A stretch of 64,000 nt of DNA, from positions 1-64,000 of the forward strand of contig CAYWJO010000001.1 in assembly GCA_964458565.1 (NCBI GenBank). Reading direction: 5' to 3'. The notes beneath the pieces were generated by a model, which saw only the letters and a list, made by a program, of their open reading frames with translations, was not told the origin of the DNA and did not search any database. Positions 19,435 through 29,346 of this stretch are shown piece by piece. The stretch comes from an uncultured archaeon (lineage in GTDB: Archaea > Asgardarchaeota > Thorarchaeia > Thorarchaeales > Thorarchaeaceae). Every line of letters starts with the position of its first letter. Position 1 is the stretch's first letter. The position numbers and the translations under genes are program-made.

Positions 19435-20751
19435 TTAGGATTGAAGTCCCTTATAGAGTTTGGCTGTTGCTCCCTCAATATCTGATTTTCGACATCCGAT
19501 TGCAGCGTTCATTACAATATAATCATGGGGGTATTCATTAATACAAGAGCCATATTGTCCCTTTGGAATTGCGCGAGGACCTGTCACACGTAAATTGTAT
19601 ATCTTTGCTCCAATTTCTCGTGCGTCAAGCCCATCAAGTGTCATTGCGCAAGCAATATCATTCTTGACCTCAAGCATCCTTTGACCAACAGATTCTGCAA
19701 CACCTTTGACCAATTTCTGAAGCAAAGCAAGATTCGCTCTCTGTTCTTTTCTTAGTGTTTGATAACCATTCAAGCCAAGAAGCAATAAAGATACCAGCGT
19801 CTGAAGAATTGGTGCTGCAGATGCTCGTCCTGCGTACCCGGATGAAATGGATTCTATTGTTGATCTCAAGGGAGTAACAATGATTGAGGCGCCAACAGGA
19901 GATAAAAAGTTCTTATCACTACTCTGAACGATAGCATCAACTCTACCTGCGTCAATCGCAGCTCGTATACTTGCCATGATTTCTTCAGATTGTATACCAT
20001 ATGCATTGTTTATAACCAATGGAATATCTGATTCCTTGCAAAACCTGGCAAGCTCTTTTGGAGGGTCTGATTCTCGTGGTGGAAAGAAAGTTGTTGTGGC
20101 TAGAATCGCACAATTCTGTGTATTGCTAACAGATTCCTTTACAGCCTCTATGTCCATCTGAACTGCATCACCAACAAGTCGATTCTCAATTGATACCAAT
20201 CTAAGTCCTGCGAATGCTATACCTGTAGGAGGCGAAGTATGATCAATTCGTGGATATATAATCGTGTCAACACCGAGTTGCTGTCGTAGATAATTACAGA
20301 CGAGTGCAAGACTCATACCAGTTGATAGTGGCGTGACAACACCTGCGTGTACATTGCTCAGACCGAGAGACCTGATCGCATCCAGTGCGACATTATTTGC
20401 TAGCTTCTGCATTAGTGATGCACCTGCAGCCTTAGGCTGTGGAGCAGTCAACTGACCGCTTCGTCCCACACCATGATTGAAACCACCAGATAGACGTTCC
20501 AATAATGGACCTGCAATTCGACCCTCCCTTTCACCTACCCTTGAAGCAGTAGGATCTTTATCTGTATCCATAGATGATAGTAATCTAATCAAGAGGTCAA
20601 TCTGTAATTCCGATAATGCGATGTCTGGAAACTTACTCTGATTAATCAAGTCTTTTAGTGGACTTAGAAATGCATCCAGAGTTATTCTACCACGGTCGGC
20701 GATATTTTCAGGGATTAAGTCGATTAATTTACGTTCGAGATCCATATTCAA
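19435..20751 (-). CDS. spcS: O-phosphoseryl-tRNA(Sec) selenium transferase (SepSecS)
   Basis: 'GEREGR', 'HGVGRSG.L.APQPKAAG', PLP-lysine motif 'SSDKNF'. Confidence 0.96.
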   Translation of the reverse strand: MNMDLERKLIDLIPENIADRGRITLDAFLSPLKDLINQSKFPDIALSELQIDLLIRLLSSMDTDKDPTASRVGEREGRIAGPLLERLSGGFNHGVGRSGQLTAPQPKAAGASLMQKLANNVALDAIRSLGLSNVHAGVVTPLSTGMSLALVCNYLRQQLGVDTIIYPRIDHTSPPTGIAFAGLRLVSIENRLVGDAVQMDIEAVKESVSNTQNCAILATTTFFPPRESDPPKELARFCKESDIPLVINNAYGIQSEEIMASIRAAIDAGRVDAIVQSSDKNFLSPVGASIIVTPLRSTIESISSGYAGRASAAPILQTLVSLLLLGLNGYQTLRKEQRANLALLQKLVKGVAESVGQRMLEVKNDIACAMTLDGLDAREIGAKIYNLRVTGPRAIPKGQYGSCINEYPHDYIVMNAAIGCRKSDIEGATAKLYKGLQS

Positions 20752-22126
20752 ACACCTCTTCAGTCAGCCGCTCATAGATTACTGAATCACCAAGATTTAC
20801 TGGTGTATCAAACTGAACAGATAAAACACCTCTAGTTCCGAAGGTTCCACATACCGTTCCATTCACACCTGTGACAGTCTTAATTCTTGCGCCAATCAGT
20901 TGTTGAGCGACCTCTTTCCCACTTGCAAGACCTTCAACGAGTATATCATGCTCCCTAAGTCTGTGAACTCGTCCAACTCGTTTCCGTTTCTTGTAAAGCA
21001 TAACGGAACTCAATGATTTTTGAACAACACCAGACGCAAGAATCCTCATAGAAGTTGGAGGTAAATCAGTCCTCATTAATAATACCTTCATCCCAGGTCG
21101 CACGGCTAGATTCTGTTGCAGCAAAATCACACAATCAAAATCATCATGCGTAATTTCCGCACTTACAACACTCTTGTCATCAAAAGTTTCAACTGGAATA
21201 AGCTCTGCTGTAACTGTGGGCATACCGATTGTAGCTGATACAATCATACGAAATGTGACACGACCCTTGTAGTGAGGGTTCCGTTTTAATTTGGTATATA
21301 CACTCTTTACAGGTACAAGAGAAGCATCTTCTGAAAGATAGCATCCACGAAAAATATCTTGGGGATTCACTTCGGAAATATTAACGCCAACACGGTCGCC
21401 CGCTTTAGCTGAATCTCTTGCCTCACCAAAAGTCTGAATTGATCGAACTCTTGTGTCATATCCCAAAGGGCTCAATTGTACTTTTTGACCAATCCTAAGA
21501 GTTCCTCCGAGAATCGTTCCTGTTATGACTGTGCCATGGCCTTTGATGGTGAATGCATGGTCGATTGGAATGAATAAAGGCGCATCAATTTTACGAGCCT
21601 TGGGCTGTACCGTTCCTATACATTTACGTAGTTCATCAATTCCCTGTTTGGTGTGAGCTGAAACTTGGACATAATCTACTTTTTCAAACCCTGAGCCATT
21701 AACAATGGATTTCATCTTCTTCATAATGGAGGATATTGCTTCATCTGTTACAAGATCGATTTTCGTTATTGCAACAATTAAATGCTCAATTCCCATAGCG
21801 CGAAGCACAATAACATGTTCCCCCGTCTGAATCATTGGTCCTTCATCAGCAGCAACAACAAGAATCGCTCCATCAATTATTCCAGCACCAGCAACGACAC
21901 TACGTATGAGATCAGCATGTCCTGGAGAATCAACTAGAGTAATTACTCGATCATCTTGAGTAAACATAGTAAAGCCCAAATCAATTGTGATTCCTCGTTT
22001 CTTAGATTGAGGGTGTGCATCAAGACCTGCGGTAGATACTTTCTCACTCAGTACCTCTGCTAATGCGGTCTTTCCATGGTCAATATGACCCATTAGACCT
22101 ATATGCACAGGAATCAGATTATCCAT
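20729..22126 (-). CDS. selB: Selenocysteine-specific elongation factor (archaeal SelB/eEFSec type)
   Basis: GHIDHGKT, RGITIDLGF, DSPGH, TKID; C-terminal domain IV 'GTFGTRG'. Confidence 0.95.
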   Translation of the reverse strand: MDNLIPVHIGLMGHIDHGKTALAEVLSEKVSTAGLDAHPQSKKRGITIDLGFTMFTQDDRVITLVDSPGHADLIRSVVAGAGIIDGAILVVAADEGPMIQTGEHVIVLRAMGIEHLIVAITKIDLVTDEAISSIMKKMKSIVNGSGFEKVDYVQVSAHTKQGIDELRKCIGTVQPKARKIDAPLFIPIDHAFTIKGHGTVITGTILGGTLRIGQKVQLSPLGYDTRVRSIQTFGEARDSAKAGDRVGVNISEVNPQDIFRGCYLSEDASLVPVKSVYTKLKRNPHYKGRVTFRMIVSATIGMPTVTAELIPVETFDDKSVVSAEITHDDFDCVILLQQNLAVRPGMKVLLMRTDLPPTSMRILASGVVQKSLSSVMLYKKRKRVGRVHRLREHDILVEGLASGKEVAQQLIGARIKTVTGVNGTVCGTFGTRGVLSVQFDTPVNLGDSVIYERLTEEVFEYGSRT

Positions 22127-22216
22127 TCCGCAGACCTCAAACTCATAATGATTATGATAGAAATAAACCCTTAGTCATCCGAGTAGTTTATTGGGAGCTT
22201 CCAGGAGATAACAAAT

Positions 22217-22627
22217 ATGGTATCACGATCTCTTGAAAAGATGATGCTTATAGCTATCGGACTCTCAGCTGCAGTTATTGTGGGAGTTCCTGTTTTATTG
22301 TATTCGATGAATCTTCTGAATAACACGGGAAGCTATCAAGCAGCTGAAAGTTTTGCAAACCAGTTGCACTCATATGTTGACACAGTAGATAAGACAAATA
22401 CAAGTGTGATTCAAGATTATATTTCTGTACCAGAGGGAGTTACTGTGAGTTCCGATGGAAATATCTTAACAGTGACATATTATATATCAAGTCAGAACCC
22501 TGTCACTTGGATTGAAACTTACAATCACGCGATTGATTTGATACCCCCTGCAGTAGCGGATAATCAAATAGTAAGAGTAGAATTAGTGGGTGATGATATT
22601 CAAATTCGCTTCATGCCTCACCCATAA
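22217..22627 (+). CDS. Small pilin-like or secreted protein
   Basis: N-terminal 'SLE' followed by a hydrophobic helix and a beta-rich domain. Confidence 0.45.
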   Translation: MVSRSLEKMMLIAIGLSAAVIVGVPVLLYSMNLLNNTGSYQAAESFANQLHSYVDTVDKTNTSVIQDYISVPEGVTVSSDGNILTVTYYISSQNPVTWIETYNHAIDLIPPAVADNQIVRVELVGDDIQIRFMPHP

Positions 22628-22710
22628 TTTGTTCTGAAACTCAACACAACGTTTTTAATGATGACTCAGGTCATCGCCGATACGACCGCCTCAGATGAGG
22701 ACTGAATGCG

Positions 22711-23766
22711 ATGGCCGAAGATGCCGATAAGCCTGAAATGGTTGATTCCGATGAAACTGAAATGACCGAAGAGGTCGAAGAAAAACCCAAGAAGCAAACA
22801 AAGGAATCAACAAAGAGAAGCTTTAGTGTTTCTATGATTCTTGGACATGTGTTCAACACTAGAATGTTACGTAGGGTTGTACAAATCGTATTCTTTCTAG
22901 GAATAAATGCATATATTTTTGCATCTTGGTTTGGAAGCGATGCAATAATTGCTTTCTGGTCAAACTTCAGTAAACTTCTACCAACACTTCCAGTCATTGC
23001 ACCTCTTGAAGCTCCAGCAGCAATCTTGGCAGGTTCATTTGATACAATGCAACGAGAGCTGACCACGGGGATATTTCCATTCTTCACATTAGGCGCAATG
23101 GTGATTATTCTGATCATACTCGGTCGAACAACATGTGGATGGATTTGTCCAATTGGAACCATTCAGGACTTTGTTACATTGCCTAATAGGTCAAAAACAA
23201 GACCTGCACCCAGCACTGAGAAAGAATTTCGTCGTGTGAAGGCATATCTATTCATACTTGTAATATTCTTTGCAGCTTGGGTAGGAATCAGTGTGATTCT
23301 TGGTTCTGCTGAGAATTTAATTGCTGCTCTTGGTCCGTTTGCGGATGCTGCTTTTGCACCTTGGAATCCAGCTTACATTATATTCGTTGAAACTACTAAT
23401 CAAGTCTGGCCAACTAGTTTTGAGAACCTTTGGATTGTATTATCATGGTCACCAATTTTCTGGCTTCAGCTAGCCTTTGTAGCAATAATTGCAATAGTTG
23501 GTTTCTGGGTCCCAAGATGGTTCTGTAGATGGCTCTGCCCTGCTGGATGGTTATATGGATTCTTCTCAAGAGATGCAATCATTAGCATTGGAAGAAATCC
23601 TGCGCGATGTACTCCGGACACATGTAATGTGTGTGAGGTCGTATGTCCGATGAATATTCAGATTCGTAAATTTCCATACAAGAAAATGCATAGTCCAGAT
23701 TGCATCATGTGTCTGGATTGCAGAAGTCATTGTCCTAATGATGCGATTGTGATACGAATAGGATAG
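22711..23766 (+). CDS. NapH/MauN-like membrane 4Fe-4S protein
   Basis: CGWICP, CRWLCP and two ferredoxin-type Cys clusters. Confidence 0.85.
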   Translation: MAEDADKPEMVDSDETEMTEEVEEKPKKQTKESTKRSFSVSMILGHVFNTRMLRRVVQIVFFLGINAYIFASWFGSDAIIAFWSNFSKLLPTLPVIAPLEAPAAILAGSFDTMQRELTTGIFPFFTLGAMVIILIILGRTTCGWICPIGTIQDFVTLPNRSKTRPAPSTEKEFRRVKAYLFILVIFFAAWVGISVILGSAENLIAALGPFADAAFAPWNPAYIIFVETTNQVWPTSFENLWIVLSWSPIFWLQLAFVAIIAIVGFWVPRWFCRWLCPAGWLYGFFSRDAIISIGRNPARCTPDTCNVCEVVCPMNIQIRKFPYKKMHSPDCIMCLDCRSHCPNDAIVIRIG

Positions 23767-23790
23767 AACGAGAAATCAAAGGATGCTGCA

Positions 23791-24147
23791 TTACTTGGTC
23801 ATGATTTGATCAAAGACCATCATTAACTGATAATATTTATCGATAAGACGAAGCCCTGCTTCTGTAACAACTGCTCCACCACCACCAGAAGAGCCACCTT
23901 TCCGGGTATCAAGAAGTTTCAAATCCAACTTCTTCTCGATCTTCCGAATAACGCCCCATACATATCGATAGGACATTCCAAGTGCTTTTGCACCCTCAAC
24001 AATCGTTCCATTATCCCGGATACTTTTCAACATTGCAAAAGCTCCCGGACCAAGCACATATCCCCCATCATCCTCAAGCCATATCTTCCATCTGGCTTGC
24101 AATCTATCAATCCTCTCTAGGTCACCTGACATCTCAAAATCCTCCAA
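23791..24147 (-). CDS. ModE-like winged-helix regulator
   Basis: 'LGPG..ML..I...G.I..GAK.LGMSYR' and 'KGGSSGGGAVVT'. Confidence 0.85.
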   Translation of the reverse strand: MEDFEMSGDLERIDRLQARWKIWLEDDGGYVLGPGAFAMLKSIRDNGTIVEGAKALGMSYRYVWGVIRKIEKKLDLKLLDTRKGGSSGGGGAVVTEAGLRLIDKYYQLMMVFDQIMTK

Positions 24148-24174
24148 AGGAATTTATTATGATAGGAGGTCTGT

Positions 24175-24429
24175 TTAATGACCCCATCGAAGCCGTTCTG
24201 GTTTTGTTTCCTTTTTGTAAGCTTTTTTCACAGTCTTCCAGTGGTCTTGACATAGGTATGTCTTTCTATCCCGAGCATCCTTGACACGTAGATTCGACTT
24301 GCTAATGCTCTCACTGATTCGTACTGTAGCAAATGATCGCTTTGATGCTTTATCGCAGCCAACAATGCTGCAGGTCTTCTTTAATGATGACACTGTCCAC
24401 ACTTCACTGTTGCTCGTGAAGTATTCCAT
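24175..24429 (-). CDS. Small conserved archaeal Zn-binding protein
   Basis: 'CSIVGC' ... 'LCQDH' C3H ligand set; true start probably a little downstream. Confidence 0.65.
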   Translation of the reverse strand: MEYFTSNSEVWTVSSLKKTCSIVGCDKASKRSFATVRISESISKSNLRVKDARDRKTYLCQDHWKTVKKAYKKETKPERLRWGH

Positions 24430-24452
24430 TATAACTATGACGGAGTCAGAGT

Positions 24453-25463
24453 TTACGAACTGCTTTTCGGGGTTAATATTGGTCCCTTTGAATAATCAAA
24501 CATCACACGTTCTTCATCATTCAATCTTAGTGTAAGCTTCTGCGTTTCATCAACGGTGCCTATAACAGAGATAGACATTTCATGTTCACCGGCAATTGAT
24601 TTTACTCGATTGATATTTGATTCAGATGTTGCTACCAAGAATCCTAATGAGATAAACATCCTCAACCAATCAGTGAGGTCTATTGTTTCTGGTTTTATAG
24701 TATTTAGTGCATCTATATTTATTATGCCACCGCAGCCAGAATATTCCAACATCATTCCTGCTGTGCCTATCACTCCAGCTACAGAAACGTCCTTTGATGC
24801 ATGAAGAATTTTTTCTTTAGCGAGGTGGTTCATAACAGACAAACGCTTAATGATTTCATCAGGACTTCGGCCTGTAACTGAATCCCATCCAAGTGAATAG
24901 CTTGATCCACGTTGACCCTGTTTGTCAAAAATGAGAACAAGAACGTCATTATTACAAGCACCTCCAGCTGTTATGAGATGTGCTCTCTCAATGATGCCTG
25001 TTGCAGAACCAACAATATATGTAGACGTAGAACTTGGATTTGTATGACCTCGTACAATTGGAACTCGAAATGCGTGTGAGCCCTCTATTAAACCCTCCAA
25101 GAGTGCCGCACCAATATTTTCATCTGAATATGATAATGCAACGGCAAAGGATGTTGGCGTACCACCAGCTGCATAGATATCCATTACGTTTGCTAGAACT
25201 ACATTGAAACCTGCAGCACGAGGATGATGAAGGCATAACTCCTCAACAATCGCATCAGTTGTGTGTAACACAAAATCTGACCGATTCATTCCAATAGCTG
25301 CTGAATCCTCTCCAAGTGAAAAAGGTAGGTCACCCTTGTATGAATGATGACGCAGTTTACTGATGATTTGAGGTAATACAAACTTACGAGATATTCCATC
25401 AAATTCATGAAGAAGCGTAATTATATCATCAAGCGTAGTCAACTCTTCACGCTCATACAACAA
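24453..25463 (-). CDS. AIR synthase/PurM-fold protein (SelD/ThiL/HypE superfamily)
   Basis: 'GEDSAAI', 'ANVMDIYAAGG', 'RGHT', 'SKDVSVAG'. Confidence 0.8.
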   Translation of the reverse strand: MLYEREELTTLDDIITLLHEFDGISRKFVLPQIISKLRHHSYKGDLPFSLGEDSAAIGMNRSDFVLHTTDAIVEELCLHHPRAAGFNVVLANVMDIYAAGGTPTSFAVALSYSDENIGAALLEGLIEGSHAFRVPIVRGHTNPSSTSTYIVGSATGIIERAHLITAGGACNNDVLVLIFDKQGQRGSSYSLGWDSVTGRSPDEIIKRLSVMNHLAKEKILHASKDVSVAGVIGTAGMMLEYSGCGGIINIDALNTIKPETIDLTDWLRMFISLGFLVATSESNINRVKSIAGEHEMSISVIGTVDETQKLTLRLNDEERVMFDYSKGPILTPKSSS

Positions 25464-25669
25464 GATAGCTAAGGAGGACCTAAGAAACCAAGAGCATAAG
25501 CCGTTTGACTTAAGATAATACCGATACCCAAAAGTGACAAACCAACCATCAAATAAATCAATGCTCTCATCTCTGAACGGACTTCTTCTAGCACTTTCAG
25601 TTCACCTTGATAGTTACGAATCCCAATTCTATTGCTTATAGAGGTTGTGGGGAGTCTATGAAATTTTCT

Positions 25670-25978
25670 TCATTTCTTTTTGATTTTCTTTTCATATTCT
25701 TTTGGAATATAACTGGGATCTACGAAATCATCAATGAAATCATCTTGTGTTCTTTGTGAACCAGTTACAGGTTTACATCGATAATCATCAGTCATTCTTC
25801 GATCAAGACATATTCCAAATTTACAATATGGTCCATCGCACTCGTCTTCTACCCAAGTGCACCATAGTACCTTTTTCCCACGTTGTTGTTGGATTTTGAG
25901 AGCTAGGGGTTTCTTATCACAACGGAATTTCTTGCACATAGGTGTGCACTCCTTCATTTGAGCCTGCATAAGTGACAC
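25670..25978 (-). CDS. Cys-rich hypothetical protein
   Basis: Eight Cys in 102 aa; GAGGTG upstream. Confidence 0.65.
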   Translation of the reverse strand: MSLMQAQMKECTPMCKKFRCDKKPLALKIQQQRGKKVLWCTWVEDECDGPYCKFGICLDRRMTDDYRCKPVTGSQRTQDDFIDDFVDPSYIPKEYEKKIKKK

Positions 25979-25987
25979 CTCAATATA

Positions 25988-26755
25988 CTATATTTTTGAT
26001 TTTACTAATAATTGAATCTCATCCATTTTCGAAATTGAACATTCTAGCAGCATGATTAGTCGTGTGAGTTCCGTACGACTTGAATCATAGGAGGTCCTTG
26101 AAATCTCACCAATCTTAAATTGAGCTTCAAGTTTCCCAAGAGTCTTCTCCAGCTTGCTTATTGATTTTTTGAATTCCTTAATCCAATCATTAAGAAGTTT
26201 CGATTCGGTTTTAATTTGTTTAACAAGAGATTGCCTTTCTGATTTCAGTCGCTCTTTCTGTTCCTTGTAAACATCTTTTTCAAGAGCGTCTGATGCATCT
26301 TCGAGTTTTCCTTGTTTTGTTTCAACCAAATCGAGATCTTCAATCACAGTTTCAATCATGAGTGCAGTAGGAGCTTTGAGTAAGGTTTCCTTACGCATTT
26401 TGAGCTTCTCAAAGGTCTCACGGAGCAGCTCAGCTCTGGCGGTAAGAACCTCGCTCTCAACATTTTCCAACTTCAAAGCCTGTCTTGTAGCACGTATTTG
26501 TTCGATAATATCTTCCAACTCATCATTGATTATTCCCAGTTCCACCTGTGATAATAGAGGAGTTATTGTTCGAATCTCAGCTTTGGAAAATGAAATACCA
26601 AAGTCAATGTGAGGGATTTCTTCTTTCGAGTCATCAGTAACAATATCACTACGTTCAGTTATTAGTGATTGAAGTGATGCTCCACAGAATCTGCAGTATG
26701 GTCCACCTTCTATTTCTGCACCACATGATGGGCATTGAAGCAGCCTTGCAGACAA
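25988..26755 (-). CDS. Zinc-ribbon plus long coiled-coil protein (CdvA-like coiled coil)
   Basis: CPSCG..CRFCG; heptad-rich body; 'QFKIGEISRTSY'. Confidence 0.6.
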   Translation of the reverse strand: MSARLLQCPSCGAEIEGGPYCRFCGASLQSLITERSDIVTDDSKEEIPHIDFGISFSKAEIRTITPLLSQVELGIINDELEDIIEQIRATRQALKLENVESEVLTARAELLRETFEKLKMRKETLLKAPTALMIETVIEDLDLVETKQGKLEDASDALEKDVYKEQKERLKSERQSLVKQIKTESKLLNDWIKEFKKSISKLEKTLGKLEAQFKIGEISRTSYDSSRTELTRLIMLLECSISKMDEIQLLVKSKI

Positions 26756-26829
26756 ATCACCTTACACCCCGATTGGCGTTCGCCAAGATTAGTTTGTTAC
26801 AATTTTGACTTTTTGATGGTTAAAATTGA

Positions 26830-27147
26830 TCAAGTAAGAGAACCTAGTTTAGCTGCAGCTGCATCTAATTTGGCTTTTGAGGTCACGATTGTATCAGCAC
26901 CATAAGTTGGTAAGACCTTTAGCTCTTCGATCAGCAGAGCTATAGCAGTATTTGGAGGGATTTCTTTCTTATCCAATGAGCCATCTGGAAAAGTTATCGA
27001 AGCTTCAATCCACTGCTCCTTGCTATCATTAGTAGGATATAGGCAGTAAATATAGTCATCATTACTGCATATGAAAGACGGAGTGTTTTCCCACGCCTGT
27101 GCCAGCAGTGCACCGATAGCTTTTGCGTTTTCTGCCTTGTCTGCCAT
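26830..27147 (-). CDS. Hypothetical protein
   Basis: 105-aa ORF in a co-directional gene string. Confidence 0.65.
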   Translation of the reverse strand: MADKAENAKAIGALLAQAWENTPSFICSNDDYIYCLYPTNDSKEQWIEASITFPDGSLDKKEIPPNTAIALLIEELKVLPTYGADTIVTSKAKLDAAAAKLGSLT

Positions 27148-27218
27148 GAAGATTCACTCTCTTAGTCAGATGAGATGTGTGTTCAATGTAGATACTCCTT
27201 ATTTGTGTTGCTCATGTG

Positions 27219-27782
27219 TTATGGTCGATGCCAAACAAAAGAGTAATACATAATTTCGCCAGTTTCTTTTACTGTGGCGATAATGAACTTCTTTCGAACA
27301 CTTGTTGCCAATCGCCCAGCTCTAACAATATCCAGAGGAACAACTCCATTCTTCTGGGAGATGACGTGCACCAAAAATGGCGCGTGATCTTTTCCAGGAC
27401 CATGTTCATAGACTGCAAAATCAGTACCGAACTTAAGTCCAGGTCGTACTACATATCCACGTTGCCTAAGGTGAGTATATACTTTGTAACGGTCTTTAAA
27501 ATCCACGTTCTGATTTAGACCTAGTTTCAGAATCTCAGATATTGAGAGGACTCTTCTCTTTCTCGAGTCATGTAAATTTAAACGACCAGTTTCGGTAAGA
27601 AAAGCACATTCAATCAAGGATAACTCAAGGGGTTTATCAAATTCAGGAGACTTAGGTTTACGAATACCCACAGGTTGACCGAAATATCCAACATTATACA
27701 GATGCATTCCTTGTTCAGGGTTCCATACTATTCCTCTATCCTGCACAAGCTCAGCTGTTATAGGACTTTCAAAAGCAGACAA
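27219..27782 (-). CDS. endA: tRNA-intron endonuclease (single catalytic unit)
   Basis: 'GLKFGTDFAVY..GPG..HA' with catalytic Y/H and 'RLATSVRK'. Confidence 0.93.
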   Translation of the reverse strand: MSAFESPITAELVQDRGIVWNPEQGMHLYNVGYFGQPVGIRKPKSPEFDKPLELSLIECAFLTETGRLNLHDSRKRRVLSISEILKLGLNQNVDFKDRYKVYTHLRQRGYVVRPGLKFGTDFAVYEHGPGKDHAPFLVHVISQKNGVVPLDIVRAGRLATSVRKKFIIATVKETGEIMYYSFVWHRP

Positions 27783-27801
27783 TATTATTCACACCGAGTA
27801 A

Positions 27802-28464
27802 TCAAGTATTCAACGTTAGTGAAAGACCTCTAATTGATATAGCAGCATCTTCACTGAAGTTAGCAACATCTTCCATCATGTTTAGGAAATCACGTAGCCG
27901 AAGAAGAGTTGCAAGAGGTAATTCAGATGGATAAAGTACACCTATAATTTCTCTCTGGAGGAGGTCAATTCTTTTCTCAATTCTACATATCTCGTCAGCC
28001 TTCTCTATTGATTTCTCAATATTCAGAGAGAGAAATCGAACAGCTTCCCTCTGTTCTGTAATAATATCAGTCATTGCATCTCCTAGCTCGAGGAGTTTCG
28101 CTTTCAGTATTCCTTCAGGCACCCATGAATCAATAATTACAGAGAGGTGGTATAATAGAATCTCAGCGCCATCAATCTGCTTGTCATTATAATGGAGAAG
28201 ACGCAACAAGTCTTCTTTTTGCAGAAGTGTATCAGCCTGAGATAAGTGATTCAAAACTTGTCGTTTCAGCACATCACCCTTCTCTTCAAGTTCGGTGATT
28301 GTCTTGAGATCATCATTAGATATCGATTTGCCCTCTTCTAACCAGGCAAACAAAGAACTGATTACCATTTTGTTGGCAGATTGAGCTATTCTGAAATGCG
28401 CCTCTAACATTTGTGTGACATTTGCCAACTCTTGTGAATGAAACCTCTTATCGTCAAGGACCAA
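27802..28464 (-). CDS. DUF47/PhoU-like phosphate transport regulator
   Basis: 'LEEKGD.LKR', 'IEKRID', 'EDVANFSED'; start moved to TTG 28464 after GAGGTG. Confidence 0.8.
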   Translation of the reverse strand: MVLDDKRFHSQELANVTQMLEAHFRIAQSANKMVISSLFAWLEEGKSISNDDLKTITELEEKGDVLKRQVLNHLSQADTLLQKEDLLRLLHYNDKQIDGAEILLYHLSVIIDSWVPEGILKAKLLELGDAMTDIITEQREAVRFLSLNIEKSIEKADEICRIEKRIDLLQREIIGVLYPSELPLATLLRLRDFLNMMEDVANFSEDAAISIRGLSLTLNT

Positions 28465-28548
28465 GACATAACACCTCAACAAACACGTCTGCCCTTGCGA
28501 GTGTCTTTTAAGTCTTCTCAAATCCATTATGGCGAAGGAGACAATAGT

Positions 28549-29346
28549 TTGGAACCTTGGCAAATCATTGTTGGACTCATACAAGGTCTCGTAGAATGGC
28601 TACCAATAAGCAGTGAAGGTCAAGCAGTTTTATTCCTCTATAATTTCAGTAATATTCCTCCTGATGAATTGCTTGTTCTAGTAGTATGGCTGCATTTGGG
28701 TACTGCTCTAGCTGTTCTTGTAAGATATCCAAGAGACATCCTCAATGTATTAGCGCTTCGGGACAGAAAATTGTTTAGACATTTGCTAATCGCAACAATT
28801 TGTACAGCTGTAACTGCAATCCCACTCTATGTCTTCTTGAAAGATAACCTCTCAGTATTTCATGGAGAATTCCTAAATATTCTAGTAGGTGGACTTCTTT
28901 TAGTAACCGCATTGGTATTGTATTTACCAACAAGAAGAACCAAAGATGACAGCCATTCTTTGGAGGTTATAGAAGTATCTGATAAAGAAGCAGTAATCAC
29001 AGGATTTGTTCAAGGATTTGCTGTACTTCCAGGGTTAAGTAGATCAGGAGTGACAGTTTCTGCTTTATTGATGCAGCGAGTGGAAAAGGAGAAAGCACTA
29101 AAGTTCTCATTCTTGATGAGCGTTCCAGCAGTTATTGGGATCCTTGCCCTGGAGGTGGTGAGTGGAACACCATTACCGAGCTCAATTGGGATCTTGGACC
29201 TGATTCTCATTGAATCAATCGTGTTCTTAACAGGTCTAGCGTCAATGGAGTTCTTACTTCGATTAGCACAGAAGATTGATTTCTGGAAATTATGTCTGGT
29301 ACTTGCAGGTATTGCAATCTTGTTTGGCATACCGATTTTCTTCTAA
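28549..29346 (+). CDS. uppP: Undecaprenyl-diphosphate phosphatase (BacA family)
   Basis: 'QGLVEWLPISSEG' and 'LPGLSRSG'; start TTG 28549 after AGGAG. Confidence 0.9.
   Translation: MEPWQIIVGLIQGLVEWLPISSEGQAVLFLYNFSNIPPDELLVLVVWLHLGTALAVLVRYPRDILNVLALRDRKLFRHLLIATICTAVTAIPLYVFLKDNLSVFHGEFLNILVGGLLLVTALVLYLPTRRTKDDSHSLEVIEVSDKEAVITGFVQGFAVLPGLSRSGVTVSALLMQRVEKEKALKFSFLMSVPAVIGILALEVVSGTPLPSSIGILDLILIESIVFLTGLASMEFLLRLAQKIDFWKLCLVLAGIAILFGIPIFF

Noticed and set aside
28438-28584. Long head-to-head overlap of DUF47 and uppP ORFs
   Set aside because: Artifact of longest-ORF calling; SD-supported starts at 28464 and 28549 leave a normal divergent promoter gap
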